A DNA stretch of 22,308 nucleotides from an uncultured Pseudomonadales bacterium (GTDB lineage Bacteria; Pseudomonadota; Gammaproteobacteria; Pseudomonadales; Oleiphilaceae): positions 1 to 22,308 of the forward strand of contig CAZEWG010000037.1 in assembly GCA_964514485.1 (NCBI GenBank), written 5' to 3'. The notes beneath the pieces were generated by a model. It saw only the letters and a list, made by a program, of their open reading frames with translations, ran no database searches and had not been told where the DNA came from. Each line of letters begins with the position of its first letter. Position 1 is the first letter of the stretch. Shown here in pieces: positions 20,041 to 22,308 of this stretch. A program made the position numbers and the translations under genes.

Positions 20041-22308
20041 CATGATGGTCACGACACATAACCTGGGTTTTCCCCGTATCGGCAGCCGGCGCGAACTGAA
20101 GTTCGGCCTGGAATCTTTTTGGCAAGGGCAGTCCACCCACGAGGCGCTGCTTCAGCTTGGAAGCGAGTTGCGCCAGGCTCACTGGCAGCAGCAGTCGGGA
20201 CTGGATCTGGTCCCGGTGGGGGATTTCTCCTTTTACGACCACGTGCTGGATATGAGCTTTACCCTAGGCAATGTGCCCGAGCGGGTTAGCGGCTTGCAGG
20301 GGCAGGAACTGGATAACTACTTTCGGGTTGCCCGCGGGCGTTCTGCCAAGGACTCTGACTGCCAGTGCGTCCATGCCGGGGAAATGACCAAGTGGTTCGA
20401 CACCAACTATCACTACATCGTGCCTGAGTTTACGGCGACCACCCAGTTTCAGTTGCAGCCCGAGCGTATCCTTCAGCAATTGGAGGAGGCCCGGCAACAG
20501 GGGCATCAGGCCAAGCCCGTCATTATTGGTCCGGTCACCTATCTATGGTTAGGCAAAGCAAAGGATGACTCTGACCGGCTGGCACTGCTGGACCGGCTGA
20601 TTCCGGTTTATGCACAACTCCTGAATAAGCTTACCGAGGCCGGTGTGGAATGGGTGCAGATCGATGAGCCTATTCTGGTGACAGAACTGGATGCGGCTTG
20701 GCAGCATGCGTTCTACAAGGCCTATCATGATCTGAGAACCTGCGGCATGAATCTGTTGTTGGCGACCTACTTTGGGAAACTGGAGGAGAACCTGCAGCTG
20801 GTCTGTGAACTGCCGGTTCAGGGCGTGCATCTGGACGCGGTCAGTGCCCGGGATGAAGTCACACGCCTGGTGGACTGGCTGCCCGGGCATCGGGTGCTGT
20901 CCTTGGGCGTGATCAATGGTCGCAATATCTGGAAGACCGATCTCAACCACACCTTGGATTGGCTGGAACCCATCCATGCCCGTTTGGGCGATCGTCTGTG
21001 GCTGGCGCCCTCTTGTTCCCTATTGCATGTGCCGGTTGATCTGGACAGTGAAGCTGCCCTGGATCCAGAAATTAAATCCTGGATGGCTTTTGCCCTGCAA
21101 AAACTCCAGGAGCTGTCGATCCTGGCCAAAGCCTTGAACGAGGGGCGGGAGGCCGTGGCGCTTGAGCTTGCGGACAACGCACAAGCCATCCGCAGCCGAC
21201 AGCAATCGGAGCGGGTTCATAATCCTGCAGTTCAGCAAGCGGTTGCCCGTATCAAGCCGGAGGCCGGCTGTCGCCAGAGCCCATATCCTGAACGGGCGAA
21301 AAAGCAGGCCCAGCGTCTGAAGTTGCCCCTGTACCCGACCACAACCATTGGTTCGTTTCCCCAAACAGCGGAGATCCGACAGGCACGGCTCAAGTTCCGC
21401 AAGGGAGAGCTAGACGAAGCAACCTATAAGGCCCTGATGCAGCAAGAAATTGAGCGGGCGGTGCGAGAGCAGGAAGCCCTGGGACTGGATGTACTGGTCC
21501 ACGGTGAAGCGGAACGCAACGACATGGTGGAGCACTTTGGCGAGCAGTTGAGCGGCTATGTATTCAGCCAGTTTGGCTGGGTGCAATCCTACGGCTCACG
21601 GTGTGTGAAACCACCAATTATCTATGGCGATATCAGCCGCCCCAAAGCCATGACTGTGGACTGGATTACCTATGCCCAAAGCCTGACGGATAAACCCATG
21701 AAAGGCATGCTCACCGGGCCGGTGACCATCCTCAACTGGTCCTTTGTGCGGGACGATCAGCCCAGGTCTGTCACCTGCCTGCAGATCGCCCTGGCGATCC
21801 GCGAGGAAGTGCTGGATCTGGAAAAAGCGGGCGTGCAGATTATCCAGATCGACGAAGCGGCTCTGCGGGAAGGTCTGCCGCTTCGCAAGTCGGAGTGGCA
21901 GGCGTATTTGGACTGGGCCGTGACCTGTTTCCGGGTCAGCGCCAATGGGGTGGCCGATGAAACCCAGATCCATACCCATATGTGTTACTCCGAGTTCAAT
22001 GACATCATCGAGTCCATCGCCCAGATGGATGCAGACGTGATCACCATTGAAACCTCCCGCTCGGATATGGAACTGCTGGATGCCTTCGACCAGTTCCATT
22101 ACCCCAATGAAATTGGGCCGGGTGTCTACGATATTCATTCGCCCAATATTCCAACGGAGGAGCAAATTGTCGGGTTGATGCAGAAAGCGGCGGAGCGGAT
22201 TCCAGCTGAGAGGCTTTGGGTGAATCCGGATTGCGGCCTGAAAACCCGCCAGTGGGAGGAAGTGCGGCCGGCGCTGCAGAATATGGTGCAAGCAGCGCGG
22301 CGTTTGCG
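20041..22308 (+). CDS. metE: Cobalamin-independent methionine synthase (5-methyltetrahydropteroyltriglutamate-homocysteine methyltransferase), 3' end beyond the window
   Basis: An AGAGGAG Shine-Dalgarno precedes ATGATG at 20041. The N-terminus [79 protein letters not shown] parallels E. coli MetE. The ORF stays open to the window end (756 codons), so it is absent from the ORF track. Confidence 0.95.

Noticed and set aside
20264-22291. Minus-strand ORFs (including 21596-22291 at 231 aa) inside metE
   Set aside because: metE reads through on the plus strand with a textbook MetE N-terminus. These are antisense artefacts.
1-22308. Search for CRISPR arrays, tRNA/rRNA genes, IS elements, integrases or prophage att sites
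   Set aside because: I found no direct-repeat/spacer periodicity, no tRNA-like cloverleaf candidates and no transposase or integrase-like ORFs. The only tandem repeats are intragenic (flotillin and linker repeats).

Overview
This is a 22.3-kb, roughly 58-60% GC chromosomal segment that reads like a gammaproteobacterium. Gene density is high and I found no tRNA or rRNA genes, CRISPR arrays, IS elements or integrase. The recognisable content, left to right, is as follows. (1) The NAD salvage pair pncA-pncB sits on the minus strand, divergent from the Nudix-related regulator nrtR, with AGTTGCA/TGCAACT palindromes in the shared control region. (2) A minus-strand four-gene operon carries an NfeD/YqiJ-like membrane protein, a long 693-aa flotillin (YqiK-like SPFH protein with 40-aa tandem repeats), a 1781-aa protein, and a 369-aa C-terminally tail-anchored protein. 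The 1781-aa protein has an N-terminal beta-rich region, a very long coiled coil, a single MoxR/AAA_5-like AAA+ module and a helical C-terminus. I cannot place the last two genes in any characterised family. This extended flotillin cassette is my best candidate for an undescribed membrane-associated ATPase system. (3) A DUF2170 (YjfI-like) gene and a PspA/IM30 (YjfJ-like) gene are transcribed divergently from the flotillin operon. They are followed by a 110-aa ORF with a strong ribosome-binding site that looks like a tandem ribbon-helix-helix DNA-binding protein. (4) A lower-GC Sel1-repeat secreted protein follows, whose signal peptide is in frame but lacks an obvious start codon. (5) A candidate yybP-ykoY Mn2+ riboswitch with a GGGGAGUAGC core sits directly upstream of a UPF0016/GDT1-family (MneA-like) transporter. 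(6) A CPA1 K+/H+ antiporter (NhaP2/CvrA-like) with a C-terminal RCK domain lies on the minus strand. (7) A small secreted hypothetical protein follows. (8) Divergent metR and metE end the window, with metE running off the right edge. All identifications rest on reading the translated ORFs and motifs by eye; no database searches were possible.
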